The notes below the pieces were generated by a model that saw only the letters and a program-made list of their open reading frames with translations, had not been told where the DNA came from and did no database searches. Made by a program: the position numbers and the translations under genes. Shown one piece after another: positions 38,311-51,560 of a DNA stretch of 64,000 bases (positions are counted from its first letter, which is position 1; each line of letters begins with the position of its first letter). The stretch lies in assembly GCA_030141605.1 (NCBI GenBank), contig JAQGDQ010000001.1, positions 1,488,001 through 1,552,000 of the forward strand. Direction: 5' to 3'. Source of the DNA: Tubiluchus corallicola. Taxonomy: Eukaryota; Animalia; Priapulida.

Positions 38311-41300
38311 CTTTCGACATGGTATCATCTTTATACAAGATCCTGTCATTTATCGAATAGCTGTAAAATTGTGACTTGTTCTAGCAATCACATAATAGCA
38401 TATGAGAAGAAGACGGCAAAAGTGTTAGGAGAACTTTGCTGATTATGTTTAGCAATTTATAGTTAAAAACAAGTACGCATCACATATTTATCTATCAATT
38501 TAGTTGATGCGATCATGTGGAAATGCCGCACATAAATAAAAAAATATATAAATAATAAAATATAGAGAAATTAGCTTATTTGACAATAGTTTGTTAACAA
38601 AATGTTGGTAGATTTTAAATATAGCACTTTTAACCAATTTATATGAAAAGTGGCCAAATTACAAAACGCTGTAATAAACCAAAGTCAGAAAAACCGATAT
38701 CAGTAAGCTAATTATTCAGTATATTCATAAAAATACTAAAACATACATGTTTTACTTTCTGAATCTTTTTTTGGTAAGTCAGTAAATTGTAATTAAACGT
38801 CGTCTAACGTTCTGTGATTCGACGATAATATAATCAGTTTCAACTATAAAGTTAAAAGTTCTGTTTAGTGTCATTAATACGTGTTATGCTTTGAGTAAAC
38901 TAGATTGGCTCTGACTTCTTTAGAAGAAAACTCCCAAATACATTTTTACTCTTTTATAGAAATTTTGGCTTCATACACAAGAAAGACTTAGAAACAGCCT
39001 TGCATAATTATGAATGCGAAATATAATATCCATGAAAGCTAATACGCATCTCTCTGATTATAATATTTACCAGGTAAAAGAAATGGATAATGAAGGTCAT
39101 ACCCGCAGTAAACCAACGCACGATATGTGCTTGGAGAACGGAAGTGCTTGGAGTATGAAACCATTTTCTTCTAATCTAAATTATTCATACATTACAGAAA
39201 TTTCAGAAAATACGCAAAATTCAGAAATGTGCAGTGTATTCCATTATAAAAACATTAACTGTGCAACGTTTCGTACTCACTTCAGCGTTTCGGCTTGCAA
39301 ATCATACGACACCATCCACTGGCAAAGAAGATGATGCTGTATAAGTTGACACCTTTAATGGTGTCATTAAAGGTGTCAAAAAGAAATAGAGAAATAAAAC
39401 ATTACTCATAAACCAAAGAACGCGTTGACAGTTTACAGACTTTAGTAACATCAGTGATATACATGTACAAATTATGTTCATCTATACAAACTCTTAAATT
39501 GCGCATGCAGGAAATGACGCACTTAAGTGACTCCGGTGTCCAGATAACCACTCGACAGCCAGTCTGGTTGAGGTTAGTTGGGTTGATTTGCTGACCTAGT
39601 CGCTAGCTGATCGTTTGTAGACTGCTATTGTGGATGCCTAGATAGCTGTCTATCTAAGTTAATATTTAAGCAAACAGTTTTTAATTTTAATTTCGAAATT
39701 GTCGATTGATGACTGAATAGGGTTTCTGTCTGGTTTTCTACTGGCGACTTTTCTGTATAGTCTTTTCCATTTCTGACGTTCTGTATAGTTTGTTTGATGT
39801 TGTATGGTTACACTACAGGTATCTAGCATTCAGCCCATAGCCTAAAATGATGATCGTTGTGGTAGGATTGGAAAGTTTTACGAAATCCTATAAATTATTA
39901 GCTGAATTTTCAGGGACGAGTTAGATACGCCCAAGTATATATTATCCACTTTCTTTTTTCTTCTATTCTACTTGTACTACTTACTTATACCCTAATTTTA
40001 CCGTCATTTCATCTCTTTTTATTGCGCATCTCTTTTATCCTGCCCCTAACACCTAACAACACCCCAGGTTCCAAGTTCCATTTGTTCACTAATGTAATTG
40101 ATAAGTAATTGTAGTAATTCTTGTTTTCAGTTTGTATAATTGTATGTAGTATATCTTATTATGTAATTGTAATAGTGTTTTTGTCTAATAATAATAAAAT
40201 AATAATAAAAGTCCTTCAGTCCCGAATAAAAGAATATAGCTGGGCTAGTAAGGCAGATACAAGGGGGAGCCGAGACTTAAAATGGCTGTCCCGATACTTT
40301 AGTAACCAGGGCATGCACGCTTCTACACACCATGGTGTAATCTGGCCGGGTATAGTCTACAGTTGTTTATAAGTTCCTTATTGATGTTTTTATTTAAATT
40401 ACGACAATGAGTTTCTACATTGTTTATTGCAAAGGGTGCCGAGATATTGGAGGATTTACTAGGCAAATAACAGTTGCGCGTAAGTAATTTTTATCGACTG
40501 CTTTATTGACTTTTTTATATTAAGCACCTATAACTACATGCAGCAAATGATGGTAATTGGCAGTTTATTACTATTGTACTGCACCACAACTCTTGTGCAT
40601 ACCTTGACTTCTAGCAAATAAATTTATAGATCAATAGTTTTTAGACCAGGTATTCCAATTCTGCACGCTAGCCACAAAAATTTTACCCAACAAATGGCTT
40701 ATTTTGCCGTAAAAAATCTGCTTTTACCTAATTTGCTGAGTCTCCCTACGTACTGACTCAGTCACTTACTTGCTTACTAACTGATTGACTGGCTCTGATA
40801 GTAGCTAAATATCGAACAAGAGGAGTATGCAAGTGATACAACTTAAGTTAGCTCAGCGTCTAATCTTAAAGGATTAATCTTGAAAATGACTTGAATTCCC
40901 CTCCGCCAAAATCAACCAAGATTCACAACCTTTGTTGCCATTGACTGTAGTACTGCGTTATGTAGTGTGTCCCAACGTGTAACAATGTCCAGATCAATGT
41001 CTTGTCCTTAAAGAAGAAGCTCTATGAGTTGAGCTTTCTACACAAACAAGCTTGATTGCGTTACATGAGTAATTACCAGTGAAACCCCGCGCAGTCATCC
41101 ATCAATATTAAATCTAAACCTTAACTATACTCACATAATTACTACAAATGGCACCACTAATGGTAGCGGCAACTAGTCACTAAAGTATAGGTATCACCTG
41201 TTAGGTGACAACGTCTTGGCTAGGCCTTCCAGATGAGGATAAGTGGCGGCCACATTTAAAAGAAGCTCTCTCTTAAATACCTTACAAGTTATTTTTACAA

Positions 41301-42689
41301 GAAATTCAAACTTCAAGTAGCCAAAAATCCTAGAAATTCTTTACAATTTAAGCCGAATGTAGCGATAAAGTTTCAAACAACTAAAAAATGCACTGATATG
41401 AGTGCCTAGTCGGGTCGTAATTATAAAAAAACTAAACCAGTTAAGCGTAGCTTTAAGACAAATGTACAAGTGGGCAAGTGTGCAACAAAAAATATTTACG
41501 AAAGCCTCTTCTTATCTTTGAATTTACGAACATATCATACCAGCGACGTATTTTTTCTACATTTAACTGATCATGTGGCCGTCTGTAAGCTCTATCCAGT
41601 TTTGTATTTTTTCTAACTGTTTGTTAAGCTACAGCGGAAAATGAAATAAATTTTATTGTTCCATTCCGTAGAAAAGAAAACAGTTTGCCTGAAAATTTCT
41701 GAATTCAGCTTTAATTTTTTCACGTAGGTTAACCTTGAATCATTTAAATCTGCTAATTCCGGCTTCAATCTTAAGTTAAAAATTTCATCTCAACTCTGTA
41801 CGTTCAGGTAGGCCATTTGACATTTGCGAACATTAAAACAGCGTCATATGATCGGCCTAACCTCGTTATGTTAATTTGTCCTCTTTTAAAATTAATCAGT
41901 AATCAAATAATTACTTTCATCTAACATGCAAAGTCATATATTAGACTGAACTGGGTATTTTATTGATAGGAAAACGGTTTAATCAACAGCTCATAAACGT
42001 AAGCCTTATACATTTGTTCCTATAAAATACGAAATTAGACTATATATTTCCATTAATTCACTTGCAATTTCAATCTACAGTACAGACAATCGAGAATCTG
42101 TAATAAAATTTAGAACCAGGCCGATGTCTGTCCCGGGAACTAATGAAAAGTTGAGCATTTTTCATAGCAGTATAACAATACCGGCAATACTCAGCTGCAG
42201 CTAAAGTCCCGAAAGAACGGTCAAAGCTAGGTGTGAAAGATCTCGCACACTGATTGGGCAGTCAGCGAGAATGACTGACGTTTTCCTTGACGCTAATTCA
42301 GCCCCAACAACGGCTGAAAAACTTCTGAAGCCGTCACCAAACCTCTATCAACCATCTGGCTTATTTTGGCAGATTCAAGCAGTGAATTTCTGGCTTTTTT
42401 TCTAACATGGACGACTAGTAAATCTAAATCCATGACGGCTATCAGGAACAAAAAGCCACAGCAGTAAAGCAAAATTAACTTGATCACATTATGACACACA
42501 CATATAAGTTGGTGTTCTTATTTGTTGATGTCAGATGGCATTCAAAATTACTTGGTATTTATAGCAGAAGCAGTTACTATATGACGACTGTTACCATGTA
42601 ACAACTGCTTATTTATCGTCATCATTATCGCTGTCGCTGGATCTTACAGTATTTCTCACTCCTGCATTTGCAGAATTTAGCGCACGCTA

Positions 42690-43945
42690 GCCTAAATTTA
42701 TTTCAGCAGCAGTGTTGACCTTGTAACCAGTCTTACAACCGCAGTTGATGTGATTTAATACATCATGATCAGGGATAACTGCCTGACCTTCCTTCAGGCA
42801 TGAAGACAGATAATTTTTTCTTCCAGCCAAACTCTTGTGGGAGGATTTGGAGATTTCATACCTGCAGCCTTCCATATGATAGTTTGATATAGTGAGCACG
42901 TCCACACTGGGGTCCAAATAAAGCAATTGTTGGAAGCAGGGTGCTAAGTTTTGGAGGTACAAGTTCCCTGTCCCAAAACGTATCAACTTCTGTCATTCTC
43001 CAAAATTCTGCCTATGCAGTGTAGTTATGAATTTCATATGATTCGGAGAACTCATGAAAGGATAAACAAACGTTTGTCGAGCGCTAGCTATGACTGTGCT
43101 CAAAAATGCGCTTAGCTAGTGAAGCAGGCCATGCAGCAGGCCACAAAGTGATGCACCCATGCATCCAGAATGACAACTTGCAAGACTACCCTGTTGAAAA
43201 TCCATAGAAATTGACCTTTAGGGAAAAAGTTATGGGGCTTCAAATTCAAAATGGCCACCAATGCTGCTTTAATCTTAAAATAACTCAACTAGGTGGACTT
43301 TAAGATGACATAAATGTATTGCAAGCAGATATAAAAGTGTACAAGTGTCAAAAATTGATATCTCAAGATCAAAGTCATTCAAAATGGCCGCCGACATAGC
43401 ATTACCAGCTGATGCCTATGGTCTATCTGGAAAATTGTGTTCAACGTCATTTCAGGTCACTGTCATTCAAAATGGCCGTCAACTCAGCTTTAAAGCCATA
43501 ATGAGCTTGTGATTTTAAATGTTGACGCTATACTTTGTGACTCTGCATCATTGTCTCGCCGCCTAGGGACATTTTTCTATCAGCTGATAATACATTTATG
43601 CAGCCTACCATGCTTCTTAAGTGGGTTATTTTTTACTTCAAAGTTGCGGCAGCAACCATTTTGAATACAGCAACCATGACTTTGAAACACCATTTTTGGA
43701 TAGACCAGATGCATGGTAATATACATTTCATTCAGGCTAAATTGCTTTCTAGTTGAGTTATTTTGACTTTAAAGCCGTGTTGGTGGCCATTTTGAAATTT
43801 AAGCCACAAAAACTTTCTTCAGCAAAGTGAAATTCGGGGGATTTTGATTATGTTATTCTTGACGACTTTCTGTCTCTCTGTGGCTGTGCACAAATTCAGG
43901 TCCACGCTATTTTTGTCCGGGTCATACCTTATTTAGACCGGACTA
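42690..43945 (-). mobile_element. Degraded DNA transposon relic, Academ-like
   Basis: Frameshifted minus-strand translation PPKLSTLLPT...RAHY/YQTIIWKAA..SPNP/EFGWK...VLNHINCGCKTG resembles the LPPT-RA-Q-W-GW-CxCK region of Academ-type proteins; repeated caaaatggccgcc-like motifs in both orientations at 43250-43800; a TAGTCCGGTC-like terminus at 43945. Confidence 0.5.
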
Positions 43946-45208
43946 ACAATGGACAGCGCCATCGAACGTCAACCAAAGAATACGAGTAAAGTGCCGTTTC
44001 GCAACATAATATTACGTTGAAATAGTTTCTGGTGTTATCTATTTTTCTATTAAAAATACTTTTTTAATTTACATAGGAGAGTTGTAAAGGAAAATGGTGC
44101 AACTTTATCAGTTGAACTTTTGCGCTCAGAAAAATTTAACTGCAATACGTTTTAAACAGTTTTCGTTCAAGCAGTTAACAAATTGCTACGAGCGCGATTA
44201 GTGATCGCGGTGATCAGGCGACGAGTTCCGTTTGTCCGTGGATGTGTGTAAAGAAGATTGCATTGGCGTGGTCATGCACTAAAATTACCCAAGAATCTCT
44301 TCTTACTAGAACATTACGTAAAGCCCTTGAAATGACAAAATAAGCCAAGAGGGGGTCAGCTACTGACGTAGGCTGTATAGATGTATACTGCAAAAAATTT
44401 TAGCAAATATAATCGATTTCTTAAAATGAAAATAACAGCGAGCACCCACAAAAAAGACTGGATTTCGACCATAACATGGTCACGATCATACAACAATCCA
44501 CCTAATATAAACATATTGTATAAAAATTACAAAAATCCACATTATCAAATCAAATAAAACAATTAGACACTAAATTGTAAACTTCTAGATCGTGTAATAC
44601 CATGACAGAAAAAATAAAGTTATGTTACTCCAACACAATTCATTCTCTCCCATTCGTCGGCTCGTTTATTTTACAACTCGTTCACAATCCATGTTTACGC
44701 CAAAATAAAAAAAAGCAAGTATGCCTTATAACACCAAGTTTGAATAATCGAGAATACATTTTCAGACCGCAATGCGACATATTTGCATGTTTTACTAAAA
44801 CTGTTGTTATGGTCAAGTTTACCATGAGACTGACTAGAGCTAAAGAAGAGCAAAATGGGATGTTCTTAAAAACCTGTTTTCCACAAAATTTCATCATCGT
44901 GTGCTCGTTACGTCTATTGTAGACATTGGATAGGCAGAATTCTTAAATAAAAGAACTCGCCCTCAAGACGGGTAAACACAGCAGTAATCCAAGAAAAAAC
45001 TACTTCTATTCCAAAATTCAATATAAAATTATGGCGAATTTATGTAATTACAAGATTATGCTTTTAAGACATTTTTCTTTGTGATAATTATTCGAATGTC
45101 ATATTCTCTACTAATATTAAAACATACCCATTAATAATACATTTCATAGTAGAATGAATTTTCTAAAAATTTGGCAAGTACAGTAATGGCTGAAACCCAA
45201 TAACTTAC

Positions 45209-45316
45209 CTTTAGAATTGGAAATGACCGAGTAGTAGGAGGTAAAACCAGGAGTCGATCGTAAGGCGAGCCGGTCAGTGATGGCGGCGGCGTTGCAAAGA
45301 GCATATCTTGAAACAT
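45209..45316 (-). CDS. Rbfox1: Candidate alternative first coding exon G, MFQDMLFATPPPSLTGSPYDRLLVLPPTTRSFPILK
   Basis: 36 codons, GC-rich, perfect phase-0 donor AAG|gtaagt. Confidence 0.7.
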
Positions 45317-45587
45317 TACCTTGAGCAAAGTATCACTAACAGAGTACTGGCTTCAGGTGGCTTCAGATTTTTAAATACGTTTAAATACGAAAAGTATCTG
45401 TGTCCACTATTAAACTAACTCGCTTCTGATAATCACCAAGATTCACAAACTCAGTTTTGACAAGAGTTCATATTGACTTGTTCCAAAATGTGTTTTACGT
45501 ATTGTCACTTGCCTGTTCTTTTCATGACCTCATGTCATCAAAACGGGTGGATACAGGAAACCGTCCGACTTGAAGGAATCTACTCAC

Positions 45588-45684
45588 CTCACTGCATAAA
45601 TATATCGCTCAATTCTCAACAATAAAAGCAGTTAGTATCAATCAGCAAAGACCTGCAAGTGACGGACTGCGTCGATGAAACTGA
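45588..45684 (-). promoter_or_regulatory. Putative initiator and non-coding leader exon upstream of exon G
   Basis: TCAGTT initiator consensus at 45684-45679, followed ~95 nt later by donor GAG|gtgagt. Confidence 0.4.
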
Positions 45685-46169
45685 GGCTCATTCTGCGCTG
45701 AGTAAATCAATGGCAAAGACAGAAACTGTTTGTCAAAGTGTAACGACAGCAGGCGGTTAATGCTTTTTAAAGGTTTTCTGCAGGATAATAAGAGAGGTTT
45801 CTCGGCTGAGGAAGACATTATAGAGCTGCTGCGAGATGAATGTTATAATAATCCATTAGGAACAAGTTAGAATCTGACATATCTCATTATGACTGAGACA
45901 GAGTAGCAGGTAATTAAACGGGTAGCAATCTTAGCGCGAGATATGTGCATGATACAAGTTGAATATAATTATTTTTTCCACGTTTTGTATTTGCCATACC
46001 TTACGCTGTTTATGCACAGCTTGTTTTTGTACGGTCTAACCACAGTAGGACTAAGTTATAATATAAGGTCATTTTAACAAAACAGTGAAACACAAGAATG
46101 CCACTTGTTGAAGTTGTGAATATTTTCCACTTTTCAATTTACATTAACTTGCAAACATAAAGGGCCATA

Positions 46170-46560
46170 GTAGCGAACTTACGGGATAGATACCTGGTGT
46201 AGGGCCTTAAAAGGCATGGAGGGCGTTACCCTTGGTCAAAGGTGCCAGGTGATATTTTTTAATTGTTGTTCAACACTTACTAAAGTTCTGAGTTAAATTT
46301 AATTTTTTTAAATATATTTAGGTATTGCGGGGTAGATGTGTACTTGGGTTTTTAAAAAGCCCGGATTATTTAAGGATATGTGATAGGACCCAAAATGCGT
46401 AACATTGAGTAACTCTAAAACTAAAGTAACTAAAGTCACGAAGCTTGCAAGAAAGACAACTGGGGTAGGGACACAGACAATACTATGGTTAAAAAGCTGG
46501 GATTGCTTAAGGGCTCAAAATAGTGAGCAATAAGCAAAATGTGAAAATCGAGTATCCAGC
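46170..46560. repeat. Degenerate interspersed repeat related to 47680-49690
   Basis: Shares the motifs ggtagatgtgtacttgggttttt and agtcacgaagcttgca with the block at 47.7-49.7 kb. Confidence 0.5.
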
Positions 46561-46974
46561 TTTAATTCATGTTAACTCGCAAACACAGATGGTTTAAGAT
46601 ACTGACATGAGTCAATCACACTCGACCAGATATCGTCAAATGTAAACAGTCACGGCGTTACGCTCGCTGATTTGGACCTGAATCTGTTCAGTCTTGTTTT
46701 ACTTATAACTAATTGTCAGACGTTTCACCCACATGTTATGTTAAATACGATGCGTCCCCTAAATACCTTTAATAAAGCAACTATTTACAGCGATAATAGG
46801 TTACTGAATCCCCCTTACAGAACTACCCCAAAGCTGTAAACCCCTGATCAACTCATCTGCTACGATGCTCGCTGTTAACAGTAGTAATGGACGTGGTTGC
46901 TTTTACTACCTAAAGCTATCGGCTATAATTATATACCTCAGCCAAGAAATGGGAGATCTATGTATATAATACAG

Positions 46975-47012
46975 TGAGAGAGGCGAGGAGAGAAAGTAAG
47001 AGGAGAGAGTGA

Positions 47013-47045
<33 letters not shown>

Positions 47046-47049
47046 AGAG
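46975..47049. repeat. (GA)n-rich tract
   Basis: Directly visible. Confidence 0.9.
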
Positions 47050-47679
47050 CTTGCAGCTTGTAGCGATCTTATTTAAAATAATCACCCAAAAATTTCGTGT
47101 TGCTTATTACACAAAGCTCTTACCACTTCGGGCTCACTTTCGCTGAAACACAGCTTAACAGCTATTACATGTACAAAATGATGAATGGGTTTCAATTTTG
47201 CCCAACAAAAACATTTTCGGTCGTGATCGATAATATTTTATAGCTATAGCATAATGCACACAATTCCTTCATCCTACGTTATACTACGCAAGTTTATAAA
47301 ACGCACATTTCACCAGACACAAGATGGCCTTTTTAAAAATGTATTTTTCAAAAACGTAATAAATATGCTGGGGATAAGACATTTTCTACACAGTTAACTG
47401 TTACTGCTGTATTTATTTATAAGGTATCACTTTAGCACAAAGAACTAGCAAATGATCAAGATTTTTGAACTAGTATTGAACAAAATACACAATCTGCAGT
47501 AGGGCTATTATGCAGAATAAAAATCCATTTTTGTTCTGATGATCTTCATTGAATAATTGAATTTCACTTCCTTTTATTGCAAATGGAAGCCAATAATATT
47601 GTTCTGTAGCAAAATCTTTTTAAAACTCATACAATTATTTCTTGCTTTAATTATATTTCGCTTAATAACTCGTTACCCT

Positions 47680-49690
47680 GTAAGCCATGATCACAAAATT
47701 CACAGGATGGGTTGTGCCGGACAAGGGGTCGGGGCAGCAGGGGGTCGTTCCGTTTTACTATTACTCGGCATCTCCTCCTAGGGCTTTTTCTTCACAAATT
47801 TTTCACAAATATTTTGGTGTTGTGGGCTAGATATGCACCCGAGGTTTTTAAAACTAGGGTCCTTAAGGTCCCGAGATAGGAGCTAAAATATAAAAATTAG
47901 GGCAATTGGTTTTCCTTCACATCTCCTAATAGGGCTTTCAGTTTTTTCTTTTTTTTTTGGTATTCTGGGTAGATGGTCACTTGGAATTTTAAAAAACTTA
48001 GATTCTTTTAAATTTACTTAAGTGCCCGAGGTGGGAGTCAAAGCCAGAAAACGGGGTCATGTCAATAACTTCATAAGCATAAAAGCTAGAATCACGAAAC
48101 TTGCACCTTGGACACAAAAGAATGGTGTAAGAAAGGTGACCTCTGGATTAAAGATCACAGCTAAAGGATCCAAAATGTGAAAATTAGGGCAAATGCCTTT
48201 GTCATGCGACTCCTCTTACAGTTTTGGACTAGAAATCTATGTTTTTGCATGTATGATTAGCCAAGTAAGAGTAGATTTGTCAGACGGTGGGCATGGCCCG
48301 ATCATGTCAGGGACAAAAATGTTAAAATAGAGCTTCGTCAGTAACTGGGAAACTGAACAAGCTAGAGTCACGAAACTTGCAGGCAGGTACCCGGCAGGGA
48401 AACTTGAAGGGGTACGTGCTAAATAACACAATGGTGAATGATGACCTTGGATGAAAGGTCAAGAACAGTAGATATGCATCAGTTCTTCATTACAATTTTT
48501 GAGCTATAGCCACAATTTTTATATTATGTGACGTTTTTACGCATGACTGAATATGTGCCATTTTTGGGTAGTAAAAACATTTCCGCTGGGGACCAAAAAC
48601 TGAAAACGGATGGGTCACAGCAGATGCGTTTTTCGTCTCTGACTCCTGAATCAGTCTTCAGGAATAGTGGCATGTGGTGAATCAAATGAAAGACCTTCAA
48701 TGAGACAAATTGATTGGTATAAGTTACACAGAGATTGATTGATATCTGACAGCTCAAGAATTAGGGGTTGATTAGACGAATGTCTTCCAAAGTCGACCGA
48801 AACTACTTTGTATATCTTGATTCTCAAATTCTCTCTTTATTATTTAGTCTCTGTAAACATATTTCGCTTAATAACTCTTTAGCCTTGAAAGGTAGTGTTA
48901 CGAAACTCACAGGATGGGCTGCTCCGGACGGGGAAAGGACAATGGTATCAGATCTCTGACCTCTTTTAAAGGGGTCAGGAACAGGGGACATCGTTCTTTT
49001 CTCGTTACACCGCTTCTCCTCCCAAGACGGAGAGATATTTTATATTTTCCTCGCAAACATTTAAGTGCCCTGGGGTAGATGTGTGCCTAGGTTTTATAAA
49101 GCTGGGAACCTTTAGACGTCCGAGAGGAGTCCGAGAGGCCAAGACGCATAGTAGGAGTATTCACATTTGGTGATTTTTAGAGGCAAAAGGCCAGACACAT
49201 AAAAACCGCAGGGCACACTCTCTTGGTAATCCAGTTTATACGTGACCCGAGACGACGTGGGTTGTTGTTCATTTCTTTAGACTCTGTCTCCTTCTACAGT
49301 TAGGGCCACAATTTTTGGTATGCGTTAGATGGGGTCGCGGTCTTGTGTATCGCTGAGTATGGGACATGCGCGTAAAGGAGACTTTTCCGCTAGGGGGCAA
49401 AAACCGAAATTTGGGTGTCGGCAACAGAAATCCTCGAGTGTCGAGCGGTAGTACTTTACGGCACATCAAATAAATGTCTCGGCTAGGCGAATCGAATAAC
49501 ATAACTTTCGTCGCGATTCGAACTCTGACCCACTATGGGGCAAAATATGGACCGCTGAAAAAAGTGCTTACATTGTCGGTTGAAACAAACTTTTAGTACC
49601 ACAAATGAAATGTCTCAGTGAGGTGAGATGAATTAAGTGGCATAAGTTGACAGGAGATTGAACGACCGTTGACCTACGGGTCATGAGTTG
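47680..49690. mobile_element. Degenerate non-autonomous element(s) with internally repeated units
   Basis: Recurrent motifs gctagagtcacgaaacttgca (~48086, 48361), cacaggatggg (47701, ~48908) and ggtagat(g/a)tg...ttttt (~47826, ~47968, ~49074); no coding capacity seen. Superfamily unresolved. Confidence 0.55.
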
Positions 49691-51129
49691 AAAAGTTACA
49701 AGTTGTAGTTTTGTTGTTCATTGTAGCTCCTTAGGTAACCAAGCAATGCGAAATGAATAAAATCGAAATTATGACTTTCAAACAAAAGCCTGACATCAGC
49801 CTGAAGCCAGAAAAGGCTTAAAACTGTAGCTATTGTTTGCAAAATCTTCAGTCTTTTGCTTTTCATCTAACATAACGTTAATAGTTGCGCTAACTAAATT
49901 TTTTTAAGCGAGAATGTAAAAAAGCCGTTACATGCATTTATTCTAGTTTTGTAAATACAATTTCGGGGGCCTATAGAATTTAGAGAGCCGATAATAGTAC
50001 CGGTTTGAATATTAAGAATTTTTCATTGCAATCGCCATTTTGGCAATTTTTAAACTGGCAATCAAGTTCTTCTGTGCTTCTCCAACAAAAACGCTACTAA
50101 ATCAATTCGGGTACTATTAGTTGCAAAAATATATGCTATAGAACAATAGTAAAAATATTGTTAGTATAAGAATATTGCAACCCATGTATATTGCTCTCTG
50201 GTTTCTAAATTAGTCTATGAACTACCAACTGATTAAACTATATCCTTTAAGATGAAATCCTTTAAGGTCATTTACTTTTGCTTTGCCGCGAAACTTAATA
50301 AGGACTAACCGCTATCCGCTAACAAAAAGATGAAAAAAAACAATATTATATAATAGTGATAACTATTCTAAGGGACAGAAGTTGGTGTGACAGCAACTTC
50401 CATGCACGGTCAAAGCGCTAATTTTTCACGCCGTTTCAGTACCAGTGTGATGATTATTATAACTAGGCAATGTGTAGCACTCAACCCTGTTTAGTGAACT
50501 TCTCCCGCCATCTTTAGGAAGGTTTAAGGAACTTTTCGTTTCAGTTATTTTGACGGATATTGTGCCAACAGGAAAGCCTAATCCCTTACAAATTGTTATT
50601 CATTTTCTTGTACTTTTTCAATTTTCTGAAATTCTAATGATAATGATGATGCTTTAATGATAAAAGCTTACTCAAAATATTCGTACTGTGATGAACACTC
50701 ATGATTAAAAAAGTCTAAGGTTTACGTCTAAACTAACACAAAGTGTACGACTACAGGCCAAAGCTAGGCTTAGTTAACATTGAAAATTAATACTTTTAAC
50801 AGTTTGTCATAAATGAAAAAAAAATGCATGACATTTGTAAATTTCAACCGTTTTGTTGATGCAGTGCAGAATGAACTGATCACATTATTACATGACATGC
50901 GCTAGCGTACATTACTTCAATTTCAAGTTTGTTTCAAATTCTAACACAAAGATAATTAAACAGTTGCGAAATAAAAATTAAACTAACATAATATGGCAAA
51001 TTGTCCAATTATTATACTATTCGTGCAAAGTAGAGCGTTGTTACATCGTTGTTGTATCATAGTGATATTGTTACCGGACTGAGTTTCGCTCTGTTTTGTT
51101 TTCAAACTTTCACTTACTCAAAGACACAG

Positions 51130-51560
51130 ACTGATATCTTCATATACAACAGTGAAAAGTGCGGTTTAACTGCAACGCAAGAAGCAGAAATATATGTGTT
51201 TCGCAGAGGTCTGCTCAGAAAAATCTTAAAAATAAAACAAGCATAATATCATTTTAAATGAACAGCTATGTAATAGAACCAAAGAAGAACATTGGAGCAC
51301 TAAAATCAGAGTCAGAACGTTAAGATGGGTAGGACATTTAGTGTGATTGCCAGAAACAACACCAGCAAGGTTAGCATTAAACAAGGCACCGAAACCTACT
51401 TAAACGACCTCGAGGCAAACCAAAAAATTGGATAACAAAAATTAATAAAGATTTACAACAGCTGAGCCCAAAACTAACAACAGCACAACGAGAGTTGAAA
51501 ATTTTAGCTGCAGACAGGAAACAGTCGGGTGCTCTAATAAAGGATACATGTCTACAATAG
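51130..51560 (+). mobile_element. RTE-clade LINE 3' fragment
   Basis: Translation IFIYNSEKCGLT...VFRRGLLRKILKI...NEQLCNRTKEEHWSTKIRVRTLRWVGHLV*LPETTPARLAL...KRPRGKPKNWITKINKDL matches the RTE ORF C-terminus; contains stops and frameshifts. Confidence 0.85.
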
